Shown here piece after piece: positions 18,936-30,500 of a DNA stretch of 64,000 nucleotides. The notes under the pieces are model-generated. The model was not told where the DNA came from. It made no database searches and saw only the letters and a list, made by a program, of their open reading frames with translations. Each line of letters starts with the position of its first letter. Position 1 is the first letter of the stretch. Where the stretch lies: the NCBI GenBank assembly GCA_944320775.1, contig CALUIV010000003.1, forward strand, positions 253 through 64,252. The letters run 5' to 3'. The position numbers and the translations under genes were made by a program. The DNA is from an uncultured Paraprevotella sp. (GTDB taxonomy: Bacteria; Bacteroidota; Bacteroidia; Bacteroidales; Bacteroidaceae).

Positions 18936-21900
18936 ATGCATTTCAAGAAACTTTATATAAAAAATCTGGCATCAATTGAAGAAGCAGAAATCGACTTCGA
19001 AAACGGCCCGCTTTCTGAAGATGCCCTATTTCTGATTTGTGGCGAAACCGGATCTGGAAAAACCACTCTTTTAGATGCTATCTGCCTTGCTTTGTTCAAC
19101 AACACACCACGCATGGAACAAAGCAAGCAAGAATGTTATTATGATCATCCGACCAATTCTGAAACAGCTCAGAACCAGATTTCCAAAACCGACGATCCCC
19201 GACAACTTTTACGCAGAAATACAGGCGAAGCTATTGTACAACTTGAATTTACCGGATCGAACGACTTAAAATACACAGCCATTTGGAATGTTTATCGAAG
19301 TCACCGTAAAAGTACAGGAACCCTACAAGATATCCGATGGACTCTGATCGATGAAACCAACAATTGTACCTATACCAAAAAGGGAGAGATCAAAGAAGAA
19401 ATCAGTCAAGCCGTTGGCTTGACCTTTGAACAATTCTGCCGAACGACCATGCTGGCACAAGGGGATTTCACACGATTTTTAAAGAGCGACAGTAAAGACA
19501 AGTCTGACATTCTGGAAAAACTGACTGGCACGGCAATCTATTCCCGTATAGGAATCCAAATTTTTCAGATCAACAAACAAAAACGAAATGCGCTCGAACA
19601 GCAACAATTAAAACTCAATAATATCCGGCTGTTCACACCGGAAGAATTGGAACAATACAACACCGAACTGCAGGAATACATCCAACAGATTGGGCGCATG
19701 CGTCAAAAACAAAAAGAACTTCAGGCACTGGAACAATGGCAAAAACGCGCTATCGAACTGGCCCGACAAGCAGAAATAAAGCATAACGAACTAACAAAGA
19801 AACAGACCGAGCTTCAATCTGAACAATTTCTTGCAAAAGAAAAGCTACTGGAACAATGGCACAGTTCTGCAGACGCCCGAACTCAACTTAACCAGCTGAC
19901 CGTTCTTCGACAACGTGAAAAAGAACTTCAAAAACAATTGTTGGAAAAGAGTAACACTTATGCCAATCTCTGTTTCGACCTGAAACAACTGAAACTTTAC
20001 ATAACAAAAATCGAACAAAACGTACAACAGGTCCGCAACATACAGACAGCATTGGCTCCACTTTCAAGTATGCTTGAAAACGAACAGGCCATATCAGCAA
20101 CCTTGCGCCAACTTATTCAACAACGCGTACGTCTTGATTCGCTAAAGGAACGGGAACTACAATTACGCCAGCAACTCACAATCCAGGAAGAGAAAAGCAA
20201 AGCATCGGGTAAAGAAGCCCAAAAACTTGCAGAACAGCTGGAACAACTACAAAAAAATATCACTGAACAGCAACAGCAACTCAACCAGAAAAAAGCTACA
20301 GAAGTCCTACAACAAAAAAGCCTTCTGGAACAAGAACGACATTTGCTTCAACCAGCGCTGACCGACATTACGCTTCTGATAGAGCGTCGGAACAACAAGC
20401 AACAAGCTCGAACATCCTGCAGCAACTGGCAAAACCAACTACAAAAAACAGCTGAAGCAGAAAAGGCAGCAACTTTAGAACAAACAGAAAAGAAAAAAGC
20501 AGCCGACGACTTCGAACAATTATTCAATAAACAAAAAGCCGCCATCGAAGACTGGGCACGCGAAGCCCGCTTCCGTCTTCATCCCGGAGATTCCTGTCCC
20601 GTATGTGGCCAAACCGTCCACAACATTCCCACCGATGAACAGTTCCGCTCCATACTGACTCCCATGCAAGAAAAGTTAGACCTTCTGAAAAAAGAAAGCG
20701 ATGAACAGGAAGCTAAAGTACGCAGCCTCAATGCCCAAAGAAAAGCCTACGAAGAACAATATCGACAAGCCGTTGAAATCCTGCACACTTGCGAAGCAAA
20801 CTATTCGGAAGCTTACACAAAAGCCAGTCAAAGCTGCGCAGCCTGTGGGATACCAACCTTTCAGCAAGATACACCAGCACAGCTGGATAACCGTCTGAAA
20901 AATGTACAGACCCAACTGGAACATCTGAACATCAAGGAACAGGAAATCAACAGACTCAACCAACATATACAGCAGCTACAGCAGAAAAAAGACCAGTTGC
21001 AAACCTTATTTAACACCAAAAACAAAGAAACGAACCAACTCGAACAGCTTCATGCGGCATTAAAGAAACAAATCGAAGAACTCATCCGACAAGCCAGTTC
21101 CGAACAACAGGCACTTAGCGAACAAGAAAATCTGCTGGCTCCTCAGATACTCTGGGAGGACTGGAAAAATATCTGGAAAAACGATCCGTCCCAACTGTTA
21201 ACCAGATTAGAACAAACCGGTAAAACCTATCGTCTGTCACGAGAACAGCAACAGCAACTCGAGCAACAGCTCAATCAGGCACAATCTGAATTACGCGAAG
21301 CCGAACGCAGCTGCCAGTCTGTCACTCTAGATTTTCCGGAGTGGACTCAGATTCCGGCCACCCGTACCCTATTCCAACCCGAAGGACTTCTCTCCCGTTG
21401 GAATGAGCTACAATCACAAGCCTATAATCTGGCACAAAGTCGAAATAATCTCCGGAAAGAAACAGATGCACAAACCCAAGCCCTTCAGGATTTTTATCAC
21501 ACACATCCCGATATCTCTCCGGAACGCCTGAGCTATCTAACCCGAATGACCACAGACGATACAACCAATCTGCAACACCACCTGCAAAAAGCCCGAAACG
21601 AAGAAGTAGCATTGCAGAGTGCTTTGAAACTTATTCTTGAAGAACAAGAGCAGCACATCGGAAATCGTCCTCCTTTTGCACTGACTGACGATCAGTCGCT
21701 TGAAGAACAACTCCGAAGTACTGAACAGGCAATATCAGAAACCGACCAGAAGATCGGACGTCTGACAACCACTTTGGAAGAAAACCGGCAACGGCAAAAA
21801 CAATGCGAACAAGAGCAAAACGAATACAAACGCCTTGAGTCGGACTACCACAAATGGAACAGTCTGTGTCATCTTTTCGGCGACAATAACGGAGTAAAAT

Positions 21901-22358
21901 TCAGGAATATAGCCCAAAGCTACGTACTCCGCGAACTACTCTATCATGCCAACCAATATCTACGACAGTTCACCGACCGCTACGAAATGATTTGTCCGTC
22001 AGTGAGCCTGACCATCCTGATCCGAGATTTCTATCAGGGGGGTGCCCAACGTCCAACAAGTACCCTTTCAGGAGGTGAAAGTTTTCTAGTTTCCCTGTCA
22101 CTGGCTCTCGGCTTGTCTGCATTAACCCACGACAACCAGTCTGTCGACACCCTCTTTATCGATGAAGGATTCGGAACACTGAGCAGCGATTATCTGAATG
22201 TCGTCATGGATACATTAGAAAAACTACACCAACTTAACGGCAAGCGCGTCGGCATCATCAGCCACGTAGAAGGATTGCGCGAACGTATCCGCACCCAGAT
22301 TCAGGTACGCCGTAAAGACAATTCCTGCAGCGAAATCAAAACTGTCTGCCTCAACTGA
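18936..22358 (+). CDS. sbcC: SbcC/Rad50-like SMC ATPase
   Basis: Walker A GETGSGKT, long coiled coils, CPVCG zinc hook, LSGGE signature, FIDEGFGTL Walker B. Confidence 0.93.
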   Translation: MHFKKLYIKNLASIEEAEIDFENGPLSEDALFLICGETGSGKTTLLDAICLALFNNTPRMEQSKQECYYDHPTNSETAQNQISKTDDPRQLLRRNTGEAIVQLEFTGSNDLKYTAIWNVYRSHRKSTGTLQDIRWTLIDETNNCTYTKKGEIKEEISQAVGLTFEQFCRTTMLAQGDFTRFLKSDSKDKSDILEKLTGTAIYSRIGIQIFQINKQKRNALEQQQLKLNNIRLFTPEELEQYNTELQEYIQQIGRMRQKQKELQALEQWQKRAIELARQAEIKHNELTKKQTELQSEQFLAKEKLLEQWHSSADARTQLNQLTVLRQREKELQKQLLEKSNTYANLCFDLKQLKLYITKIEQNVQQVRNIQTALAPLSSMLENEQAISATLRQLIQQRVRLDSLKERELQLRQQLTIQEEKSKASGKEAQKLAEQLEQLQKNITEQQQQLNQKKATEVLQQKSLLEQERHLLQPALTDITLLIERRNNKQQARTSCSNWQNQLQKTAEAEKAATLEQTEKKKAADDFEQLFNKQKAAIEDWAREARFRLHPGDSCPVCGQTVHNIPTDEQFRSILTPMQEKLDLLKKESDEQEAKVRSLNAQRKAYEEQYRQAVEILHTCEANYSEAYTKASQSCAACGIPTFQQDTPAQLDNRLKNVQTQLEHLNIKEQEINRLNQHIQQLQQKKDQLQTLFNTKNKETNQLEQLHAALKKQIEELIRQASSEQQALSEQENLLAPQILWEDWKNIWKNDPSQLLTRLEQTGKTYRLSREQQQQLEQQLNQAQSELREAERSCQSVTLDFPEWTQIPATRTLFQPEGLLSRWNELQSQAYNLAQSRNNLRKETDAQTQALQDFYHTHPDISPERLSYLTRMTTDDTTNLQHHLQKARNEEVALQSALKLILEEQEQHIGNRPPFALTDDQSLEEQLRSTEQAISETDQKIGRLTTTLEENRQRQKQCEQEQNEYKRLESDYHKWNSLCHLFGDNNGVKFRNIAQSYVLRELLYHANQYLRQFTDRYEMICPSVSLTILIRDFYQGGAQRPTSTLSGGESFLVSLSLALGLSALTHDNQSVDTLFIDEGFGTLSSDYLNVVMDTLEKLHQLNGKRVGIISHVEGLRERIRTQIQVRRKDNSCSEIKTVCLN

Positions 22359-22369
22359 CCCCGAACACC

Positions 22370-22440
22370 ACGAGCCCTCCCCGGATGTTTCCCCTGCCTT
22401 TTTCAGGCTCTCAGGAAACATCCGGGGAGGGCTCGTTTTT
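22370..22440. terminator. Long hairpin terminator between sbcC and the EamA gene
   Basis: Perfect 23-bp inverted repeat acgagccctccccggatgtttcc (22370-22392) / 22414-22436, then a T tract. Confidence 0.85.
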
Positions 22441-22485
22441 TATTATCTTCCTTTATGAAAAATCAGTCCGTCTCCCAATGCCCGC

Positions 22486-23406
22486 TTATGAATGTCGCGG
22501 ACGAATCATCCGCACCACCGTGGTCAATGTGTTTTGAATCGGCTTACCTAAAATAATCAGCGTCACAGCTATCAGAATCAGCACGATGCCCAGTCCCTGC
22601 TGCCAGGTGAACGCCTCGCCGAAAACAAAAGCACCGATACAGACCGCCGTGACCGGTTCGAGCGCTCCCAACACCGAAGTCATCGTCCCTCCGATATGGT
22701 GGACAGCTAACAACAGCGTAATGTTGGAAATCACGGTCGGCAACACCGCCAACAGGAACAGGTTTACCCCCGACAACACATCCGGCACCGGTTGCCATCC
22801 GCCGGTATAGCACATTTTCCCCACGAACAGCAAGGTGGTGAACACAAACACGTAAAAAGCCAGTTTACGGCTGTTCATCGTACGCAGGCGCGACTTATTG
22901 ACCGTCGTGATATAACTGGCATATCCCAATGCCGAGCACAACACTAAAAATACCCCTGTGGCACTGAAAGCCACATCGCCACTGATAGAAAGTTTCGCCA
23001 CGCCATAAACAGCCAGCAAAATAGCAATCCACGTAAGCAACGACGCCTTTTCACGATACAAAACCAACATCAGCAAGGTAACGAACACGGGGTAAGTAAA
23101 ATGCAGCGTAGTGGCCACTCCCGCTCCCATGTAATCATATCCCCAGAACAGGAACTGTGCGGAAACCATATAAAATGATGCCAGCACAAACAGAAGCGGC
23201 AAATCGCGCCAGTCAATAGCAAACGATTCATGATGCACCTTCATCATCACTCCCAATGCCACCGTAGCCATCAGGAAACGATAGAACAGAATCGAATCAA
23301 TGGTCATCCCGCCATGCATCAGCGGCAAGGTAAACAGCGGAATCAGTCCGAAGGTCACCGAAGTGACCACCCCATAAAAAATCCCTTTAAAACTATTCAT
23401 CTCCAA
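22486..23406 (-). CDS. DMT/EamA family transporter
   Basis: About 10 TM segments in two repeats; GAGVATTLHFTYP, SVLGALEPVTA. Confidence 0.88.
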   Translation of the reverse strand: MEMNSFKGIFYGVVTSVTFGLIPLFTLPLMHGGMTIDSILFYRFLMATVALGVMMKVHHESFAIDWRDLPLLFVLASFYMVSAQFLFWGYDYMGAGVATTLHFTYPVFVTLLMLVLYREKASLLTWIAILLAVYGVAKLSISGDVAFSATGVFLVLCSALGYASYITTVNKSRLRTMNSRKLAFYVFVFTTLLFVGKMCYTGGWQPVPDVLSGVNLFLLAVLPTVISNITLLLAVHHIGGTMTSVLGALEPVTAVCIGAFVFGEAFTWQQGLGIVLILIAVTLIILGKPIQNTLTTVVRMIRPRHS

Positions 23407-23469
23407 TTAAATTTTTCCAGTAAGGTTTCTTCTTCTTTTCATTCAACGACACCAAGTCATCCTTTCCGC

Positions 23470-24876
23470 TTACAGTTCCACTTCGACAGCTGCCGGATAG
23501 AGGCGCTCCGGGTCGTAATAAGCAGCACAGCTGTTCACCATATTTTCAACCGAACATTTCAATTTGCCACTAAACACTTTCCGTCCATTCACCCGTACGG
23601 TGATCTTTTTCGACAGGTCTACCAGATTTTCATTCAAATAAATTATGAATTTTCCGCGTTTGGCCGGTTGATACTGTTTCGTAAACTTCAATTCTATTCC
23701 CCAATGCGGATCCCGCTCCACGGTTGTATACGTCACATCATCAACCGTCATATCAATCCGGTTGTCACGGATTTCCATCACATATCGGGTGCGGCTTCCC
23801 GGAACCGTATCCGTACGTTCCACAACATAAAGGTTATAAAATCCGTCGCGATACCATCCATCCATGTCATACTGCTCCCAAACCACCTTTTTCGGATGCG
23901 GCTGGCGCGTAAACTGTTTCAGCCAAGGTGTTGTCGGCCGGTAGTCAATGCAGTGGCCCATACCCGGAATCAGTTCCACCCGATGTGCATAGCCCTCCGG
24001 ATCGGTCTGCTGCAGGCTGTCGAATTCCTGGCGGACATATTCCGTCAGCTGATTTCGATAGAATCCGGCATCCTTGCTACCGGTCAGCAAAGAAAATCCG
24101 ATGTTCCGGCAATTTTCAGCCGGTGCATTCTTCAGCGGTTCGCCACCGGCCATCGGTCCGGCCGCTGCCAGATAATCGGCATAGAACGAAGCCAGACGCT
24201 GGCTGCCGTATCCGCCTTCCGATATGCCGAAGAAATAAACCTTGTTCGCATCGATCTGCCCTGTCACAAAAGCCTGGCGCAACAACTGTTTCCAGGCAAA
24301 CTGCTTCGACTTCTGCCACCAGCGGTAATATTCTCCCATATTCGGAATCTGCGGAATGAAATATGCCGACGGAGCATCATCGAACATCCGGCACAGCGCA
24401 AGTCCCGTGGCCCACTCATCATTCTTATGACCGGAACCATGAAGATAGACGAACATCGGGAAACCATTTTCAGGCTTTTCTCCTTTCGTTCCCCAATAAT
24501 ACATCAGGTCGGCATAAGGTTCGAGCTGACGCGGCAGACGCCATTTACCAATCCGTTCCTGCTCCAGCGGTTCCAGACCGATCAGTTTCGGCTCGCGCAC
24601 CTCCTTATTGGCCCGACACCAAGCCTCCCAAACCTGTTTCCTTACTTGAGCCACCTCCGACACCGGGATGAAACTACCGCCATCATACACCGTATCCTTA
24701 CCGGCTATGGCCTGCTTGAAGAAAGCCACCATGCCCTCTTCATCCGCCGGCACCTCTCTTGTGCTCGTTTCACGACGCAAATGTCCCGTCTCATCAGTCG
24801 TTGCAACCGGCAAACCGGCCGATACACTGCCTGCCAGACCGAAAATCACACTGCAAAATAAAAATATCCGATTCAT
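23470..24876 (-). CDS. Secreted alpha/beta-hydrolase (esterase/depolymerase-like)
   Basis: Signal peptide MNRIFLFCSVIFGLAGSVSA; YLHGSG oxyanion region, GISEGG nucleophile elbow, GMGH His. The start could be 24876-24885. Confidence 0.65.
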   Translation of the reverse strand: MNRIFLFCSVIFGLAGSVSAGLPVATTDETGHLRRETSTREVPADEEGMVAFFKQAIAGKDTVYDGGSFIPVSEVAQVRKQVWEAWCRANKEVREPKLIGLEPLEQERIGKWRLPRQLEPYADLMYYWGTKGEKPENGFPMFVYLHGSGHKNDEWATGLALCRMFDDAPSAYFIPQIPNMGEYYRWWQKSKQFAWKQLLRQAFVTGQIDANKVYFFGISEGGYGSQRLASFYADYLAAAGPMAGGEPLKNAPAENCRNIGFSLLTGSKDAGFYRNQLTEYVRQEFDSLQQTDPEGYAHRVELIPGMGHCIDYRPTTPWLKQFTRQPHPKKVVWEQYDMDGWYRDGFYNLYVVERTDTVPGSRTRYVMEIRDNRIDMTVDDVTYTTVERDPHWGIELKFTKQYQPAKRGKFIIYLNENLVDLSKKITVRVNGRKVFSGKLKCSVENMVNSCAAYYDPERLYPAAVEVEL

Positions 24877-25291
24877 AGTCATCATAATTAATCTCATTAT
24901 CATCAAAACACGCCATCGTGTTTTTGTATATCCGTCTACAAAGATATATATAATCTGAGAAAACACCTGATAAAAATCCAATCCCCCAATCTTTCCCGTT
25001 TGACAATTTGACAAACGAAAATCCTCTATCTATCCCCTTCCGAAGTAATTCGCTATGGAGCAACGATCTGAACCTTTATCAGTTCATAATTACAAGAAAA
25101 GTACCCTGATAAATAAAAGAAAACAAGCATAAAAAGCGTAGTTTTATAAATTGGTCAGTTACAAATGTTTCTAAAATAACGCTTCTTATGCCCGTTCTGA
25201 AGATTTTGCTCTTAATCCAAGGATATCAAATAGAACTTATATCTATCATTTTATCAGTAAACGAACCATAGGACAAAGCAAAAAAAATAAT

Positions 25292-25843
25292 TTAATCTAC
25301 ATCTAATTCCATCAATTCTCCCGTCACGGAATTCATGATAAAGCCACGCACCGTGATTCCGTCGGCAGGAATCAGCGGATGATGGCGCACGATGTGCGCG
25401 CTTTGCCGCACGGCCTCCTCCGTATCATTAAATCCACTGAGCCAGGAACGCAGATTCACGTCGCAATATTCCATCATTTCAATATGATCCTGCGACACGC
25501 CCCGCTCGCGCATGTGCTGCAACATCTGTTCACTGTTCATGTGCTGCACTCCGCAATCTGTATGCCCGATAATCATCACCTCTTCTACTCCCAGCTCATA
25601 TATCGCCACCAGCAGACTACGCATGGCGCTGCCGAATGGATGCGTAATGGTGCCGCCCGCATTTTTAATGATTTTCACATCGCCATTTTTCAGTCCCAAT
25701 GCAGCCGGCAACAATTCAACCAACCGGGTGTCCATACACGTAACAATGGCTATTTTCTTATCGGGATATTTGGTTGTCAGAAACCGCTCGTAAGCTTTGG
25801 TTTCTACAAAAGTCTTGTTGAAATTCAAAAGTTCGTCTATCAT
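25292..25843 (-). CDS. Beta-class carbonic anhydrase
   Basis: TCMDTRL, KNAGG, GHTDCG zinc ligands. Confidence 0.92.
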   Translation of the reverse strand: MIDELLNFNKTFVETKAYERFLTTKYPDKKIAIVTCMDTRLVELLPAALGLKNGDVKIIKNAGGTITHPFGSAMRSLLVAIYELGVEEVMIIGHTDCGVQHMNSEQMLQHMRERGVSQDHIEMMEYCDVNLRSWLSGFNDTEEAVRQSAHIVRHHPLIPADGITVRGFIMNSVTGELMELDVD

Positions 25844-26184
25844 TGTCTTTTTATTATATTTTCTTCATGATGCTCTATTGCATGTACAAAGATAACGCTT
25901 TTATTTGGAAATATAGATTTAAATTCACCATGAAAGAATTATGGCCGAATATCAAAAATAAGAAAGTACATAAACAAAAAATGCTCACCATCCATTTGCA
26001 ACAGACAACAAAGACTTATCGTCAAACAATCAGTTCATATCCAACAATATTGAAAGAACGGACAAGGATTATTTTCCTTGCCGAAACATTTATGCCCCAA
26101 ATACATGACCTGTAAAGAACTGCCGGCAGAAGTATTCAGGTTTTATATCCGGTTACTTCTGTCGACATATTTTTATGCCCGAAA

Positions 26185-27513
26185 TCAGGAATCCAAACGT
26201 CCTGAGGCACGAAGATATTCCAATTCAGCAATCTTGTATTGGGTTTTGGCTTCGATCAGATTGCTCTTTGCCTGTAACAGTTTTGCCCGCGCATCCAACA
26301 AGTCGGACAGCAATGCCATGGACGATTGATAACGGTTCCGGACAACCCTCAGATGTTCCGAAGCATGCTGCAAAGAAGACTCGGCTGCAAGTATCAGCTG
26401 ATAGCCGTCTTGGACCTGATGAGCCGCCCGCTGAAGATCCAGCTCCAGGAAACGCTTGTTTTTCTGAAGATCGAGCTCAGCATTCCGAACATCCAATTTG
26501 TTTTTCCGCACTTTCTTCAGATTGGCTCCCCACTGAAAAAGAGGAACCTTGACAGACAACATTACTGCGCCAAGTCCGTCCTTGAACTCCTGTTCATAAG
26601 GCATCAACACGCCGTTTCCGGCATCGACCATACTGTTCAGCTTGATATTTCCATAATACGTATATCCGGCCATGAGACCGACCGTGGGCAACATGCCGGC
26701 CCGAGTCAGCTTGACTTGCTCCCGGGCCGCATCGACCTGATGTTCCAAAAGGCGCAGCTCCGGACGGGCTTCAACACCGGCCGACGACAAAACGGGTTCC
26801 GCAACATGAATTGCTGTATCAGCAAGAAGAAACGAAGTGTCATAAGACAGACCGGTAACCCGACATAAAGACAACCGACACAGATCTGCTCCGTTCTGTA
26901 CTTTCTTCAACTGATAGGACACGTTGCTGCGTTCAGCCTCAATCTGCAACAAAGCATCATCGGTGGCCAGTCCGTTTTGTACCATTACTGCGATTTGACT
27001 GTAAAGAGAGTCCATCTGCTCCCGATACCCCTCCAGCATAAGCACTTTGCTTTGGACTGCCAACAAAGTCCAATAGGACTTCTCGGCCTCAGCCAGCACA
27101 TCCATCCGGGTCATCCGGTGCTGTTCCTGTGCAACCGCTCCGCCAATGTCGGACAAATGTTTTCCGGCCATAATCTGACCACCGGCATAAAGCGGCTGGG
27201 TAAGCGTAAAACCCGCCATATACATACCACGCATCCGCAGATCCATTCCCATGATGTCCATATCCGGAAAGACATAAGCCCCCGTGGCCGATGCCTCCAG
27301 CTTAGGAAAATAAGCGGTCCGCGCTATCTGCCGGTCCAAGCGGGACTGCTGTAATTTCAGATCAGACTGCTGCAACTCTTCGCTGTTCGAAAGAGCCAGA
27401 TCGCGACATTGCTGTAAAGACAAGGAGACACGGTCTTGTGCATGAATTCCCGAAAAGGCGCTCAAGGCAAGCAGGAAAGCCAAAGACGTTTTATTTCTAT
27501 GTTTACTTTTCAT
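26185..27513 (-). CDS. TolC family outer-membrane efflux protein
   Basis: Signal peptide, YFPKL, QPLYAGG, VPLFQWG repeats; last gene of the RND operon. Confidence 0.9.
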   Translation of the reverse strand: MKSKHRNKTSLAFLLALSAFSGIHAQDRVSLSLQQCRDLALSNSEELQQSDLKLQQSRLDRQIARTAYFPKLEASATGAYVFPDMDIMGMDLRMRGMYMAGFTLTQPLYAGGQIMAGKHLSDIGGAVAQEQHRMTRMDVLAEAEKSYWTLLAVQSKVLMLEGYREQMDSLYSQIAVMVQNGLATDDALLQIEAERSNVSYQLKKVQNGADLCRLSLCRVTGLSYDTSFLLADTAIHVAEPVLSSAGVEARPELRLLEHQVDAAREQVKLTRAGMLPTVGLMAGYTYYGNIKLNSMVDAGNGVLMPYEQEFKDGLGAVMLSVKVPLFQWGANLKKVRKNKLDVRNAELDLQKNKRFLELDLQRAAHQVQDGYQLILAAESSLQHASEHLRVVRNRYQSSMALLSDLLDARAKLLQAKSNLIEAKTQYKIAELEYLRASGRLDS

Positions 27514-27528
27514 TTCTGTATCGTCTGT

Positions 27529-30500
27529 TTATGATTTATGTATTCGGAATAACACGGTATAAAAAAGCGGCAACAAAATCAACGTGATCACGGTTCCAAC
27601 GGCAAGTCCGCCCATAATGGCAATCGCCATGGAGCTATACATAGGATCCGGAATCAACGGAATCATGCCGACAATCGTCGTCAACGAAGCCATCAGTACC
27701 GGACGGACACGGGAAACTGTAGCCTCGACCACAGCCTGATAAGGAATCATCTTTTCCTCGGTCTGCAACCGGTTGATTTCATCGACCAGAACAATCGCAT
27801 TCTTGACCATCATTCCGATCAGCCCCATCAAACCGATAATGGCCATAAAGGTCATAGGCTGTCCGGTGGCAAGCAATGAAGGAGCTATACCGCAAAAGAC
27901 GAAAGGAAAACAGATCAGAATCAGCACCACCTTGCGCCAACTGTTGAAAAGCAACAGAAGTATGGCCAGAATCAGAATCACCGTAATCGGGACAAACTTC
28001 ATCAGATTGCCTATAGCCTCACCCTGGATTTCGCCCTCGCCGACCCAACGCATGTGATAGCCTTCGGGCAACTGGATCGCCTCTATGTCTTTTTGGATTG
28101 ATGCGACCACTTTGGCCGGAGTGGCATCATCCAAATCGGGATTCGGATCACATTCTGCCTCGATAACACGCTGACCGTTCAGGCGCAACACCACGTCTTC
28201 GTCCCACTCCAGGTGCAAATCTGAAACGACACGGCTCAACGGAGTGGCCCGGAACATTTTATTCTGAATATCCTCGGAGTTCAGCTTTCCGTTCAAGAGT
28301 GCTCCAAACTCTTCCGATGGTACGTGCATGTTCATCATGCTCCACACCGGAACGTCCCTCAAATCCTGAATCCGGCTGCCATCCTCGTTCCTGATTTGCA
28401 GATTAATGGGCAACAGACAATCCTGATCATGAAGCACTCCAACAGGCATACCTTCCGTTGCGGCCAGCAAAGCATTGGCCACATCGCCCCGTCCGATACC
28501 GGAACGCACACCGTCCTGTTGCTGATATTCAGCAACGAAAGACTTTCCGGTCGGTTTCCAGTTGTTCTGCACGGAATAGGCGTCCACATATGGACAAGCA
28601 CGCATGATGTCCTCGGCCTGACGGCTCAGCCTGCGCAATACGGCAGGATCCGGACCGGAAAATTCCACTTCGACCGTATGTGAGGTGGAGATGGAAAAAT
28701 TGTATTTACGCAAACGGATATAAGCATCCGGGTATTGTTCCCGAAGCATACGGCGCACTTCCGGCATCTGTTTCAGTACTGTCTCATAATCTTTGCAATC
28801 GACCATCAGTTCACCGTAACAGTCTCCTCCGGATGTCATCGGACGCACCAGGCAATAATGAGCAGGCGCACTACCCTGACTTACGGCCACACGCTCCACA
28901 TCATGACGTTCGGACAATTTCCGGCTCATCTCCAGCAAACGGTCGCGCACAACGTTTGCATCAGTTGCTGACGGGAAAAAACATTCCACAACATACTGTT
29001 TGTAATCGAAATCAGAAAAAAACAAGTTTTTAACCCGGGTCATTCCCCAGAAACTCAACAACAGCAGCAAGAATGCCAGAACAATCGTCGTCCGTTTATG
29101 ACCGATCAGAAATGCAATGGACCGGCGCACAAACCGATGTACAGGAGACCGCATCACAGTGTCTGTACCAGAAACTTCTTTTTTCTCACGCACCGGCAAC
29201 CAGGATTTGGCACAAACCGGAACTTGAATCAAAGCCAGAACCCAACTGGCCAACAAACTGACACACAACACCAAAAACAAATCACCGGCATATTCTCCGG
29301 CACTGTCCGGCGACAAATAGACACATAAGAAAGTAGATGCGGCGATGACCGTAGCCCCGAGCAACGGCCATGCGGTGTTCTTTCCGATCCGGTACAAATA
29401 GGTTTTCGGCCCTAACCCACGCTTCTTGTCAATCAGGATGCCGTCCATAATGACCACGGCATTGTCGACCAGCATACCCATGGCTACAATAAACGCACCC
29501 AGCGAGATGCGTTGCAGCGTGGTGCCGCATAGGAGCAGTATGGGAAACGACACGGCCACCGTCAGTACCAGGCCAAAACCGATAATCAATCCACTCCGGA
29601 ATCCCATCGTAAAAATCAAGACCAATACGACAATGGCCACCGATTCCAGCAGATTCCACATGAACGACGAAATGGCATCGTCGACCTTATCCGGCTGAAA
29701 AAATATTTTTTCGGTCTGCATGCCTGCCGGTACAATCTTCATTGCCTCGGCCAGTTTCTTATCGACAGCCTTCCCGACATCGGGCACAATAGCCGAAGAT
29801 TCCAATGCGATGCAAAGAGCCAGAGCCGGCTTTCCATCGACAAAGAAACCGTTGCGCTGAGGTTCGGAAAAGCTCCTTTCCACCTGGGCGATATCGCCCA
29901 GACAGACGGTTTTCCCATTGACGGTCTGTAGCATCAGTTTACGGATGTCGTCTTCACTTTTCACGGCATCGTCTACATACAGGGAAATCCGTTCGGACCC
30001 ATGAACACTTTTTCCGGCATTTACCGGAGAGCCGACCGATTGAAGCACAGACATGATCTGAGTCGGTATAATTCCGTTTCGGGCAATCTGTTCCTTGGAC
30101 AAAATGATATTGATTACCTCGCTGCGGTTTCCGGCAATGTTAATCCGTTTGACCCCCTTCACCTGTTGCAACTCGCGCCGCAGGTATTTGGCGTAACGAT
30201 ACATTTCCGGATAAGTATAACCATCGGCCGTAAAAGCATAAAAAATACCGTAAACGTCCATCAGATCATCTATGACCACAGGGTCGTAACACCCCTTTGG
30301 CAAACGACCGGACACATCATGCACCTTACGGCGAAGCAAATCAAAATGCTGTTCCAAATCGCGGTTGAGCACCGTCATCTGAAATTCAACGGTAAACAGA
30401 GCCGTTCCGTTCTGACATTCGGTTTTCACCTTGTTGACATTGGGCAAGGCACGAAGCTCTTCTTCCAGCAACAAGGCCACATTCTGTTCCATTTCGTAAG

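Noticed and set aside
23230-24861. 543-aa plus-strand ORF
   Set aside because: Exactly in codon register antisense to the hydrolase gene; no recognisable motifs; typical shadow ORF.
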